Part shown: positions 12,374 to 24,328 of the stretch, piece after piece
Position numbering within the stretch: position 1 is the stretch's first letter
Layout: every line of letters begins with the position of its first letter
From: Myxococcales bacterium
GTDB taxonomy: Bacteria > Myxococcota > Myxococcia > Myxococcales > Anaeromyxobacteraceae
Reading direction: 5' to 3'
Assembly: GCA_038320275.1 (NCBI GenBank)
Contig: JBBQEB010000025.1
Span: 1-30,602, forward strand
DNA: 30,602 nt
Notes under the pieces: generated by a model
The model's input: only the letters and a program-made list of their open reading frames with translations
The model's database searches: none
Told to the model about the DNA's origin: nothing
Position numbers and translations under genes: made by a program

Positions 12374-12431
12374 TATGGGCTCCGAGCGCGGGAGGCCCGC
12401 CCGCGACGTGGTGACACTCCATCGAGGCAAC

Positions 12432-12983
12432 ATGGCTTTCTGGACGAACAAGCCCCGGGACCCGGCGCCGGACGACGCTTACGCCATTCCCGAGCGCGCC
12501 GAGCCCATCCCCCCACCCCCGAAACGCGAGGAGCCGCAGCCCATGCCCATGCTGAAGCGAGACGACGTCCCCACCACCGCGGCCTCGAGCGACCTCAACG
12601 CGCTCCTCGGCCGAGGATCGGAGTTCGACGGGAAGCTGACCTTCGAAGGCACCGTCCGGATCGACGGCAAGTTCACCGGCAGCATCGTGACGAACGACGT
12701 ACTGGTGGTGGGCGAGGGGGCGAAGATCTCCGCCGAGATCACCTGCGGGACGATCATCGTCCACGGCGAGGTGAACGGGAACATCCGGGCGAAGAACGCG
12801 ATCGAGCTGCACCATCCGGCCCGCGTGCGCGGCAACGTCGAGACCCCTTCGCTCATGGTCGAGAAGGGCGTCCTCTTCGAAGGTCAGTCGAAGATGGAGA
12901 ACATCGACAAGGGCGCTCCGGCGAGGCCCGGACCTGGCGGTCCCACCGGCGCTCCGCCGCCCATCGCCGCCGTCAAAGGCTGA
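12432..12983 (+). CDS. bactofilin (polymer-forming cytoskeletal protein, BacM-like)
   Basis: Beta-helix domain LLGRGSEFDGKLTFEGTVRIDGKFTG...VHGEVNGNI...GVLFEGQSKM with Pro-rich flanks. ATG 12432 is preceded by GAGG, whereas the track start 12303 overlaps parB. Confidence 0.92.
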   Translation: MAFWTNKPRDPAPDDAYAIPERAEPIPPPPKREEPQPMPMLKRDDVPTTAASSDLNALLGRGSEFDGKLTFEGTVRIDGKFTGSIVTNDVLVVGEGAKISAEITCGTIIVHGEVNGNIRAKNAIELHHPARVRGNVETPSLMVEKGVLFEGQSKMENIDKGAPARPGPGGPTGAPPPIAAVKG

Positions 12984-12990
12984 CGAACCG

Positions 12991-13020
12991 AAAAGGGGGC
13001 TCCAGGCGGAGCCCCCCTTT
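12991..13020. terminator. bidirectional intrinsic terminator
   Basis: AAAA-GGGGGCTCC-AGGC-GGAGCCCCC-CTTT, between the convergent bactofilin and hsp20 genes. Confidence 0.85.
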
Positions 13021-13052
13021 CCGCGAGCCGCTGCGAAGCGGTCGCGAGAGGT

Positions 13053-13490
13053 TCAATTCACCTTCACTTGGATGGCGCGGGGCTTCGCCTCGGCCTTCTT
13101 CGGGAGGTGCACCGAGAGCACTCCGTGCTTCGCCTCGGCGCCGATCTTCTCCGCGTCCACCGTGGCCGGCAGCGAGAAGGAGCGGGTGAACGTTCCGTAC
13201 CGGCGCTCCACCCGGTGATAGTTCTCGCGCTTCGCCTCGAGCTCCAGCTTGCGCTCGCCCCGGAGCGTCAGGACGCCGTTCTCGAAGCGGATGTCCACGT
13301 CCTTCGGGTCCACGCCGGCGAGGTCGAAGTGGAGCGTGAGCCCGTCCTCGTCCTCGTAGATGTCACAGGCGGGAGTCCATCCCACCGACTCACCGCTCGT
13401 GCTCCCCACACGGTCCTCGAAGATGCGGTTCATCTCGCCCTGAAGGGCTTGAAGGTCGCGCAGCGGGTCCCACCTCGTCAGCATCGCCAT
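13053..13490 (-). CDS. small heat shock protein (Hsp20/alpha-crystallin family)
   Basis: PACDIYE, GVLTLRGERK, ERRYGTFTRSFSLP, GVLSVHLPK and C-terminal IQV (IxI/V motif). AAGGAG SD. Confidence 0.95.
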   Translation of the reverse strand: MAMLTRWDPLRDLQALQGEMNRIFEDRVGSTSGESVGWTPACDIYEDEDGLTLHFDLAGVDPKDVDIRFENGVLTLRGERKLELEAKRENYHRVERRYGTFTRSFSLPATVDAEKIGAEAKHGVLSVHLPKKAEAKPRAIQVKVN

Positions 13491-13529
13491 GTTCTCACTC
13501 CTTTTTTTGCCGTTCTCGGGTCAAGGGAC

Positions 13530-13557
13530 AACGTAAGGCAGGTCCGGAAGGTGTCAA
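13530..13557 (-). promoter_or_regulatory. sigma70-type promoter for hsp20
   Basis: The minus strand reads TTGACA (13557-13552), 16 nt, TACGTT (13535-13530). Confidence 0.55.
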
Positions 13558-13629
13558 ACGGCTGCTGCGGGAGTGCGCCGAGCGGGCGTAAACGCGCAGA
13601 CTCTCTAGGGGATTACGGCAGAAAGTCGC

Positions 13630-13659
13630 TTGACCCGCCGCGCTGCCCCGTGCTACGTG
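13630..13659 (+). promoter_or_regulatory. candidate promoter of the F1 operon
   Basis: TTGACC (13630-13635), 18 nt, then TACGTG with an extended TG, ending 12 nt before the atpH ATG. Confidence 0.45.
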
Positions 13660-13671
13660 GGCCGCCCTCCT

Positions 13672-14211
13672 ATGACTTCTGGATCCATCGCCCGGCGGTA
13701 CGCGAAGGCGCTCTTCGACCTCGCCCCCGACAGCACCCGCATGCAGGCCTGGACGGACGCCCTGCTCGCCCTCGAGAGAGCGCTCGCGGGCTCGGCCGAG
13801 CTGCGCGACGTGCTGGTGAACCCTGCCTTTTCGCGGGGTCAGCGTCGCGCCGTCGTCGCCCAGCTGGCGGAGGCGCTTCGGTTCGACCCGGAGCCCACCA
13901 ACCTTCTCTTCCTCCTCGGCGACCGGAACCGGCTCGACCAGCTCGACGCCATCATCCGGTTCTTCGGCGCGCTCGCCGACGCCAAGCTCGGCCGGGTGCG
14001 CGCGAAGCTCACCTCCGCCACCCCGCTCGACGACCGCACCGCACAGGCCATCTCCGACAAGCTTGCCCGCGCCACCGGCGCCCAGGTGATCCTCGACCGC
14101 CAGGTGGACGCCGCGCTGGTCGGAGGAGCAGTCGCCGAGGTGGGGAGCCTCACCTACGACGGCTCGATCCGCACCCAGCTCGAGGCGCTCCGGCGCACCC
14201 TCAAGGCCTGA
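13672..14211 (+). CDS. atpH: ATP synthase F1 subunit delta
   Basis: [23 protein letters not shown] and [10 protein letters not shown] prefer ATG 13672 over TTG 13630. Confidence 0.94.
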   Translation: MTSGSIARRYAKALFDLAPDSTRMQAWTDALLALERALAGSAELRDVLVNPAFSRGQRRAVVAQLAEALRFDPEPTNLLFLLGDRNRLDQLDAIIRFFGALADAKLGRVRAKLTSATPLDDRTAQAISDKLARATGAQVILDRQVDAALVGGAVAEVGSLTYDGSIRTQLEALRRTLKA

Positions 14212-14245
14212 ACCCCTTTCGCAGCTCGCATCCGGAGAACGCACC

Positions 14246-15784
<1,539 letters not shown>

Positions 15785-15810
15785 CCGGCAGCGCCTTTCG
15801 AGAGGTTCCC

Positions 15811-16683
15811 GTGCCCTCCCTTCGCGACATCCGGACCCGCATCGGGTCGGTCAAGAACACGCGCCAGATCACGCGTTCGTTCAAGATGGTCTCGGCCGCC
15901 AAGCTGCGCCGGGCCCAGGAGGCGGTCACGCGCGCCCGCCCCTACGCCCAGCTCCTCGAGCGGGCGCTCGGCAACGTGGCCGCCCGCGCGACCTCCGACG
16001 GCGAGGCCGGCCACCCGCTCCTCACCGCGAGGCCGGTTCGGCGGGTGGAGCTCCTCCTCCTCACCAGCGACCGCGGGCTGGCGGGCGGCTTCAACTCCAA
16101 CGTCAACCGCCGCGCGCTCCGGTTCATGACCGAGGGCGCGGATCGCTACGGCGAGATCCTGCTCTCCACCATGGGCCGCAAGGCGCGCGACTTCTTCCGC
16201 GCCCACAAGATGCCGCCCCGCAAGGAGTACGCGGGAATTCACCAGAGCCTCTCCTACGGGCGGGCCTCCGAGATCGCGGCAGAGCTCACGGCCCGCTACC
16301 TCGCCGGCGAGGTGGACGCCATCTTCCTCGTCTACAACGAGTTCAAGAGCGCGATTGCCCAGCAGGTGGTGGTCCGCCAGCTCGTCCCGGTGGAACCCGG
16401 CCCCAGCCAGACCTCCGCCGCGGGGTACGACTTCATCTTCGAGCCCGGGCGAGAGGCGCTGCTCGCGGAGCTGCTGCCCAAGCACCTCGCCACCCAGGTC
16501 TGGCGAGCGCTCCTGGAGTCGGCGGCGAGCGAGCACGGCGCCCGGATGACCGCGATGGAGGCGGCCACCAAGAACGCCGAGGACGTCATCGCGGCGCTCA
16601 CCCTCCAGTACAACCGCGCGCGCCAGGCCTACGTCACGAAGGAGCTCATGGAGATCGTGAGCGGCGCCGAGGCGCTCAAGTAG
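15811..16683 (+). CDS. atpG: ATP synthase F1 subunit gamma
   Basis: [27 protein letters not shown] and [26 protein letters not shown] start. Confidence 0.98.
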   Translation: MPSLRDIRTRIGSVKNTRQITRSFKMVSAAKLRRAQEAVTRARPYAQLLERALGNVAARATSDGEAGHPLLTARPVRRVELLLLTSDRGLAGGFNSNVNRRALRFMTEGADRYGEILLSTMGRKARDFFRAHKMPPRKEYAGIHQSLSYGRASEIAAELTARYLAGEVDAIFLVYNEFKSAIAQQVVVRQLVPVEPGPSQTSAAGYDFIFEPGREALLAELLPKHLATQVWRALLESAASEHGARMTAMEAATKNAEDVIAALTLQYNRARQAYVTKELMEIVSGAEALK

Positions 16684-16689
16684 TCCTGA

Positions 16690-18150
<1,461 letters not shown>

Positions 18151-18153
18151 ACC

Positions 18154-18552
18154 ATGCCGCTCACGCTCGAGATCGTCACCCCGGAGCGCCGCGTGGCGCA
18201 GGTCACGTGCGACGAGGTGCGCGCGCCCGGGACGGAGGGCGGCTTCGGCATCCGCCCGGGCCATGCCAGCTTCATGTCGGCGCTGGAGCCGGGCCGGCTC
18301 ACCCTCGTCACCGGGGCCACGGAGGAGCACTACGCGATCGGCGGCGGCTTCCTCCAGGTCGAGAACGATCGGGTGGTGGTGCTGGCCGAGGGCGCCGCGC
18401 GCCGAGACGAGATCGACGTCGCGGCGATACGCCAGGAGCTTGCCGAGGCCACCGAACGGCTGCGCAGGAGCATCGACGGCGACGAGGGGCGGTCCGCCGA
18501 GGCCGCCAAGGTGCGGCGCGCCACCGCGTGGCTCACCGTCGCGGGGGGGTGA
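18154..18552 (+). CDS. atpC: ATP synthase F1 subunit epsilon
   Basis: LEIVTPER, GGFGIRPGHA and GGFLQV, directly after atpD. Confidence 0.96.
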   Translation: MPLTLEIVTPERRVAQVTCDEVRAPGTEGGFGIRPGHASFMSALEPGRLTLVTGATEEHYAIGGGFLQVENDRVVVLAEGAARRDEIDVAAIRQELAEATERLRRSIDGDEGRSAEAAKVRRATAWLTVAGG

Positions 18553-18556
18553 CGCG

Positions 18557-19354
18557 ATGGGCGCGCGGCTGCGCCAGCTCGCGCTGCTCACGGCCGCCGC
18601 CTTTGGCTGCGCGACGGCTCGGCCACCCGAGGCGCTCCCAGCCCCGCCTCCTCCTCGGGTCGCCCTCATCCAGCCCGAGCTCGAGCTATGGATGGAGGGG
18701 ACGCGCGACGTCTCCGCGGAGGAGTCGGGCCGCGCGCTCGCGGAGAGCCGCGCCGCCCTCGAGTCCGCCCTCCAGGGCCGGGGGCTCGACGATCCCGAGC
18801 CCGACGCGCTGCTCCTCGTGCGCGCGCGGGAGGTGAAGCGCACGGCCGAGCGCAAGACGCGCCAGGCCTGGTCGGCGGTGGCCTTCGTGGTGGGGATCGT
18901 GGCGGTGGTGGTGGCTGCGGCGGCGCTCTCCTCGCGCGGAAAGCAGCGCCCGCCCGCACCCGGCCGTGCCGTCGCTCCGGCTCCTCCGCCCGGCGGACGC
19001 GGCCCCGGCCCGTATGCGCCCCGGCTCTACCCTGCGCCGCCGCCGCCCTTCGGGCTCGAGCTCGGATTCGCCGTGCAGATCCCTGCCTTGTCCCCGCCCC
19101 CGCCGCCCGAGGCGCTCCCGATGGAGGAGGTGCTCGCCTCCCGCGGCTGGTTCGACGGGGACGCGGTGGAGCTGACCCTCGAGCTCACCGACGCCCGCAC
19201 CGGGGAGCTGCGCTGGTGGAGAACGGTGCGGGACGACGTCGATCCGGCGAGCCCCGAGGCGATGGCGAGGCTCCTCGACCGAGCCCTCGCGGGAGCCCCG
19301 CTGGACGCCGGCGCCCGCGCGAGAACCGTGGAAAACGGCGCTGAAAAAGGCTAG
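18557..19354 (+). CDS. hypothetical lipoprotein (about 265 aa)
   Basis: ATG 18557 lies 4 nt after the atpC stop. [18 protein letters not shown] is a lipobox signal. It also has an internal hydrophobic helix, a Pro-rich linker and C-terminal [13 protein letters not shown]. Confidence 0.75.
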   Translation: MGARLRQLALLTAAAFGCATARPPEALPAPPPPRVALIQPELELWMEGTRDVSAEESGRALAESRAALESALQGRGLDDPEPDALLLVRAREVKRTAERKTRQAWSAVAFVVGIVAVVVAAAALSSRGKQRPPAPGRAVAPAPPPGGRGPGPYAPRLYPAPPPPFGLELGFAVQIPALSPPPPPEALPMEEVLASRGWFDGDAVELTLELTDARTGELRWWRTVRDDVDPASPEAMARLLDRALAGAPLDAGARARTVENGAEKG

Positions 19355-19409
19355 AGATCTCTCTTTTCGCGGGCCCGTCTCGCGCCCCTCGAACAGGTCC
19401 GAGCCGACG

Positions 19410-22112
19410 ATGCCCGAAGAGACACCGCCCTCCGCGCCGCCACCTCCCCTGGACGCGTCCCCCCCGCCTCCAGCCCCGCCCGACGGCCATCGGCCCCAGG
19501 TCAACATCGAAGACGAGATGCGACGGTCGTATCTCGACTACTCGATGTCGGTCATCATCGGGCGGGCCCTGCCGGACGTCCGCGACGGCCTCAAACCCGT
19601 GCACCGCCGCGTCTTGTACGCGATGCATACCGAGGGGCTCCACCACAACAAGCGCTATTCCAAGTGCGCCGGCGTGGTGGGTGAGGTGCTGAAGAAGTAC
19701 CACCCTCACGGCGACGCCTCCGTCTACGACGCGCTGGTGCGGCTCGCGCAGGAGTGGAACCTCCGCTATCCGCTGGTGGACGGGCAGGGAAACTTCGGCT
19801 CGGTGGACGGCGACCCAGCGGCCGCCTACCGGTACACCGAGTGCCGCCTGGAGAAGATCGCCGACTGGCTCCTCGCCGACATCGACAAGGAGACGGTGGA
19901 GTGGGGGCCGAACTTCGACGACCAGACGCAGGAGCCGCTGGTGCTGCCCGCCCGGTTCCCCAACCTGCTCGTGAACGGGTCCTCGGGAATCGCGGTCGGC
20001 ATGGCGACCTCCATCCCGCCGCACAACATGGGCGAGGTCATCGACGCTGCGATCCACCTCGTCGCGAATCCTCGCTGCACGGTGTCGGAGCTCATGCGCT
20101 TCGTGCCCGGGCCCGACTTTCCCACCTCCGGCATCATCCTCGGACGCGACGGCATCCGGCAGGCGTATGAGACCGGCCGCGGCACCGTCTCGGTGCGCGC
20201 GCGCACCACCATCGAGGTGCACCCCAAGACCGAGCGCGAGTCGATCATCGTCACCGAGATCCCGTACCAGGTGAACAAGGCGAAGCTCGTCGAGCACATC
20301 GCGAACCTCGTCCGGGACAAGAAGCTGGAGGGGATCAGCGATCTCCGGGACGAGTCCTCGCGCGAGGGCATGCGGGTCGTCATCGAGCTGAAGCGCGATG
20401 CGATGGCGCAGGTCGTGCTCAACAACCTGTATGCGCACACCGCGCTGCAGAGCGGCTTCGGCATCACCCTGCTGGCCATCGACGGCGGGCAGCCGCGGGT
20501 CCTCACGCTGAAGGAGATGCTGGAGCGGTTCGTCGCCCATCGGCGCGACGTGGTGACGCGCCGCACGCGCTACGAGCTGCGGCAGGCGCGCGCACGCGAG
20601 CACATCCTGCTCGGGCTGCAGATCGCGCTCGACCACCTCGACGAGATCATCGAGCTCATCCGCCGCGCCGCCGATCGCGAGGTGGCGCGCGAGGGGCTCA
20701 TGGCCCGCTTCGGGCTCTCCGAGCTCCAGGCCAAGGCCATCCTCGAGATGCAGCTCCAGCGCCTCACCGGCCTCGAGCGGCAGAAGATCGTCGACGAGCT
20801 GGCCGAGGTGCAGCAGACCATCTCCCGCCTGAAGGAGATCCTCGCCTCCGAGGCGGTGCTCTTCGAGGTCATCGTGGGCGAGCTGCGCGAGGTGCGGCAG
20901 CTCTTCGCCGACGCGCGCCGGACCGAGATCCAGGTCGACGCCGCCGACCTCGACTACGAGGACCTCATCGCCGAGGAGGAGATGGTCGTCACCATCTCGC
21001 ACCTCGGCTACGTGAAGCGGAACCCGGTCTCCCTCTACCGTGCGCAGCGGCGCGGCGGGCGCGGCAAGACCGGCGCCGGGGCGCGCGAGGAGGACTTCCT
21101 CGAGAGCCTCTTCGTCGCCTCCACGCACTCCTACCTCCTCGTCTTCACCGACAAGGGGCGCGTCTACTGGCTCAAGGTCCACGCCATCCCGCAGGCCTCG
21201 CGGGCCGCGCGCGGCAAGCCCATCGTGAACCTCGTCCAGCTCCTGCCGGGCGAGAAGGTTGCCGCCATCCTGCCGGTCCGACAGCTCCCGGAGCCTGTGC
21301 CCGGCGCCGACGAGGCGCTCGATGCCGAAGCGAACGCCGCGGCCGAGCTGGCCGAGAAGCAGGCGGTCGCGGCGAGCGGTGCCTTCGTGTTCGTTGCGAC
21401 GCGCAAGGGCATCATCAAGAAGACGAGGCTGGAGGCGTTCAGCCGCCCGCGCACCGCCGGCATCATCGCGCTCGGCATCGAGGACGGCGATGCGCTCATC
21501 GCCGCGCGGCTCACCGACGGCGCGTCGCACGTGCTCCTCTCCACCGCGCAGGGCATGGCCATCCGCTTCGAGGAGACCGACGTGCGGCCCACCGGGCGCG
21601 GCGCCTACGGCGTGAAGGGGATCACCCTGGCGGACGGCGACGAGGTGGTCTCGGCGGAGGTGGTGCACACCACCGGCGAGGGCGAGGCCGCGCCCACCAT
21701 CCTCACCGTCACCGCCAACGGCTACGGCAAGCGCACCGAGCTCGCGGAGTACCGGCTCCAGAGCCGCGGCGGCAAGGGCATCATCACCATCAAGACCACC
21801 GAGCGGAACGGCGCGGTGGTGTCGGCCGGAACCGTCCTCGACGTCGAGGAGGTGATGCTCATCACCAACAAGGGCATGCTCATCCGCATGCCGGCGCGGG
21901 GGATCAGCGTCATCGGCCGCAACACGCAGGGCGTCCGGCTCATCACGGTCGAGTCGCGCGACGAGCAGGTGGCAGGCGTCGCCCGCGTCGCGGAGACGAG
22001 CCCGGAGGCCGCCGCCGCGGGGGTGGACGAGGAGGCGGAGGGCGAGGCGCCGCTGGAGACCGCCGCCGTCGAGGAGGCGGAAGGCGAGCCCGAGGACGGG
22101 GAAACGAGCTAG
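19410..22112 (+). CDS. gyrA: DNA gyrase subunit A
   Basis: [22 protein letters not shown], catalytic RYTE, GyrA-box QRRGGRG, beta-pinwheel repeats and an acidic tail. Confidence 0.98.
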   Translation: MPEETPPSAPPPPLDASPPPPAPPDGHRPQVNIEDEMRRSYLDYSMSVIIGRALPDVRDGLKPVHRRVLYAMHTEGLHHNKRYSKCAGVVGEVLKKYHPHGDASVYDALVRLAQEWNLRYPLVDGQGNFGSVDGDPAAAYRYTECRLEKIADWLLADIDKETVEWGPNFDDQTQEPLVLPARFPNLLVNGSSGIAVGMATSIPPHNMGEVIDAAIHLVANPRCTVSELMRFVPGPDFPTSGIILGRDGIRQAYETGRGTVSVRARTTIEVHPKTERESIIVTEIPYQVNKAKLVEHIANLVRDKKLEGISDLRDESSREGMRVVIELKRDAMAQVVLNNLYAHTALQSGFGITLLAIDGGQPRVLTLKEMLERFVAHRRDVVTRRTRYELRQARAREHILLGLQIALDHLDEIIELIRRAADREVAREGLMARFGLSELQAKAILEMQLQRLTGLERQKIVDELAEVQQTISRLKEILASEAVLFEVIVGELREVRQLFADARRTEIQVDAADLDYEDLIAEEEMVVTISHLGYVKRNPVSLYRAQRRGGRGKTGAGAREEDFLESLFVASTHSYLLVFTDKGRVYWLKVHAIPQASRAARGKPIVNLVQLLPGEKVAAILPVRQLPEPVPGADEALDAEANAAAELAEKQAVAASGAFVFVATRKGIIKKTRLEAFSRPRTAGIIALGIEDGDALIAARLTDGASHVLLSTAQGMAIRFEETDVRPTGRGAYGVKGITLADGDEVVSAEVVHTTGEGEAAPTILTVTANGYGKRTELAEYRLQSRGGKGIITIKTTERNGAVVSAGTVLDVEEVMLITNKGMLIRMPARGISVIGRNTQGVRLITVESRDEQVAGVARVAETSPEAAAAGVDEEAEGEAPLETAAVEEAEGEPEDGETS

Positions 22113-22119
22113 CCTTTCA

Positions 22120-22289
22120 GGCGAGCAGGAGCGAGGGCGCAGCCCTCGGGATGACAGGCGAGCAAAGCGAGCCCGCCGGGCGGCGTTTCGACGCGGGCGA
22201 AGACCGCGTTGGAACGCTAAGGGCCCCGGCGAGCAGGAGTGAGGCTCCGGCCAGCTTTGCTGGACGGAGCGAGGGCGCAGCCCTCGGGA
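22120..22289. repeat. structured REP-like intergenic repeat cluster
   Basis: Exact 24-bp direct repeat GGAGCGAGGGCGCAGCCCTCGGGA at 22128-22151 and 22266-22289. GGCGAGCAGGAG at 22120 and 22228. Further hairpins at 22183-22217 and 22245-22269. Confidence 0.8.
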
Positions 22290-22293
22290 CCCA

Positions 22294-23580
22294 ATGGACC
22301 AGCACAACAGCGAGAAGCTCTTCGCCCGCGCCAACGAGCTCTTCCCCGGCGGGGTCAACAGCCCCGTGCGCGCCTTCCGGGGCGTGGGGGGGACGCCGCG
22401 CTTCATCGCGCGCGGCAAGGGCTCGCGCATGTGGGACGTCGACCACAACGCGTACATCGACTACGTCGGCTCGTGGGGCCCGCTCATCCTGGGCCACTGC
22501 CCGCCCCTGGTGATGCGTGCGGTGCAGGACGCGCTGCGCGAGGGGTCCTCCTTTGGCGCCCCCTCGCCGCGCGAGATCCGCCTCGCCGAGCTGGTGCACG
22601 CGCGGGCGCCCTGGATCGAGAAGATGCGCTTCGTCTCCTCGGGAACCGAGGCGACCACCGCCGCCATCCGCCTCGCGCGCGGCTTCACCGGCCGGGACGA
22701 CTTCCTCAAGTTCGACGGGTGCTACCACGGTGCGGGCGATTCACTGCTCGTCAAGGCGGGATCGGGCGTCGAGACCCTCGGCTTGCCCGACTCGCCAGGC
22801 GTCCCGGCCGACCTCGCCAGGCACACCCTCACCCTCCCCTGGAACGACCTCGGCGCGGTGGAGCGGCTCTTCGCCGAGCGCGGTGAAACGCTCGCGGCGG
22901 TCATCACCGAGCCGGTGGTGGGCAACATGGGCGTGCTGGTGCCCCGGCCCGGCTTCCTGGAGGGGCTCGCGGCGCTCTGCGCGAAGCACGGCGCCCTCTT
23001 CATCGTGGACGAGGTGATGACGGGCTTCCGGCTCGCTCCCGGCGGAGCCTGCGAGCTCTTCGGGATCCGGCCCGACCTCGTCGCCTTCGGCAAGGTGATC
23101 GGCGGCGGGCTTCCGGTGGGCGCCTTCGGCGGACGGGCCGAGGTGATGGACCGCATCGCGCCGGCGGGGCCCATCTACCAGGCGGGCACGCTCTCCGGGA
23201 ACCCCATGGCCATGGCGGCAGGCACGGCCACGCTGGAGGCCCTCGAGCCGCGCTCCTACGCACGGCTGGAGGAGCTCGGCGCGCGGCTCCAGGCGGGTCT
23301 CGCCGAGGCGGCCGCCGCAGCCGGGGTACCGGTCCAGGTGAACCGCGTCGGCTCCATGCTCACCGTCTTCTTCTCGGAGGAGCCGGTCTTCGACGCCGCC
23401 TCGGCGCGGAAGAGCGACGCCAGGCGGTTCGGCCGCTTCTTCCACGCCATGCTGGAGCGCGGGGTCTACCTCCCGCCCTCCCAGTTCGAGGCGGCGTTCG
23501 TCTCGGTGGCCCACTCGGACGATGACGTCGAGCAGACCCTGGTGGCCGCGCGGGAGGCATTCGCCGCAGCGCGGGGGTGA
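22294..23580 (+). CDS. hemL: glutamate-1-semialdehyde 2,1-aminomutase
   Basis: PGGVNSPVRAF, SSGTEAT, DEVMTGFR, PLP lysine in FGKVIGGGLPVG, YQAGTLSGNP and PPSQFE. Confidence 0.98.
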   Translation: MDQHNSEKLFARANELFPGGVNSPVRAFRGVGGTPRFIARGKGSRMWDVDHNAYIDYVGSWGPLILGHCPPLVMRAVQDALREGSSFGAPSPREIRLAELVHARAPWIEKMRFVSSGTEATTAAIRLARGFTGRDDFLKFDGCYHGAGDSLLVKAGSGVETLGLPDSPGVPADLARHTLTLPWNDLGAVERLFAERGETLAAVITEPVVGNMGVLVPRPGFLEGLAALCAKHGALFIVDEVMTGFRLAPGGACELFGIRPDLVAFGKVIGGGLPVGAFGGRAEVMDRIAPAGPIYQAGTLSGNPMAMAAGTATLEALEPRSYARLEELGARLQAGLAEAAAAAGVPVQVNRVGSMLTVFFSEEPVFDAASARKSDARRFGRFFHAMLERGVYLPPSQFEAAFVSVAHSDDDVEQTLVAAREAFAAARG

Positions 23581-23614
23581 GCTGGCGGACGCATTTGGCG
23601 CTCCCCCGAGGTCA

Positions 23615-23643
23615 TTGACGCATCCCCCACCCCCTGCTATACG
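23615..23643 (+). promoter_or_regulatory. candidate promoter of the F0 operon
   Basis: TTGACG (23615-23620), 17 nt, then TATACG (23638-23643) with an extended TG. Confidence 0.6.
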
Positions 23644-23702
23644 GCGGTGCCCTCCCGACCTTGAAATCTCCAAGGAATCCGCGCGGGAGAGCGGAGACGG
23701 CC

Positions 23703-23966
23703 ATGCCCGAACCGGAAGATCGTGACCGCCGGGACGAGGGCGACGGCCGCTCCAACCTGGCCCGGGGCTACCAGGCTTCGGCGCCCTACATCGCCGCCTC
23801 CACGCAGCTCGTGGGAGCGGTCGGGGTCTTCGCCTTCCTGGGCTGGCTCGTCGACAAGAAGCTCGGCCACGAGACGCCCTGGGTCCTGGTGATCGGAGCG
23901 GTCCTCGGCATGGTGGGGGGCTTCATCAGCTTCTTCAAGACGGTGCTCGGCAAGAAGGTATCGTGA
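23703..23966 (+). CDS. AtpZ/AtpI-family two-TM protein
   Basis: [13 protein letters not shown]...G...G pattern. ATG 23703 with GGAG upstream. First gene of the F0 cluster. Confidence 0.85.
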   Translation: MPEPEDRDRRDEGDGRSNLARGYQASAPYIAASTQLVGAVGVFAFLGWLVDKKLGHETPWVLVIGAVLGMVGGFISFFKTVLGKKVS

Positions 23967-24328
23967 CCCGCCCCGTGTCCCTCGCCCTCCTGCTCACCTT
24001 CTTCGCGATCGCGGGCGCCCTCCTCTCCGGGGCGCACCGCCGCGGTGCGCTCCTCGGCGCCGGAGGGTCCTCCTTCACGGCGCTCGCCTCGCTCCTCCTC
24101 CTGCGGGCGTCCTCACGCGCTCGCCGACCCATGCAGGCGGCCGTCGCGGTGATGGCACTCTCCTTCCTCGTCCGGATCCTCCTCGTCGCGCTCGGGACGG
24201 CGCTCGTGGTCCGCGCCGGCGAGAGCGTCCCCGGCTTCGTGGTGGCCTTCTTCGTCCCGTTCTTCCTCTTCGCCGCGCTCGAGGGCGCGTACGTGCACGC
24301 CCTCGGACGCACCTCGAGAACCGCATGA
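23963..24328 (+). CDS. ATP synthase protein I-like 4-TM protein
   Basis: 121 aa with four hydrophobic segments and FLVRILL. Overlaps both neighbours by 4 nt and precedes atpB. Confidence 0.7.
   Translation: MTRPVSLALLLTFFAIAGALLSGAHRRGALLGAGGSSFTALASLLLLRASSRARRPMQAAVAVMALSFLVRILLVALGTALVVRAGESVPGFVVAFFVPFFLFAALEGAYVHALGRTSRTA

Noticed and set aside
22120..22289. Possible mini-CRISPR array
   Set aside because: There are only two 24-bp copies, separated by 114 bp of structured sequence, and no cas genes.
19185..22457. 1090-aa minus-strand ORF
   Set aside because: Antisense shadow of gyrA.
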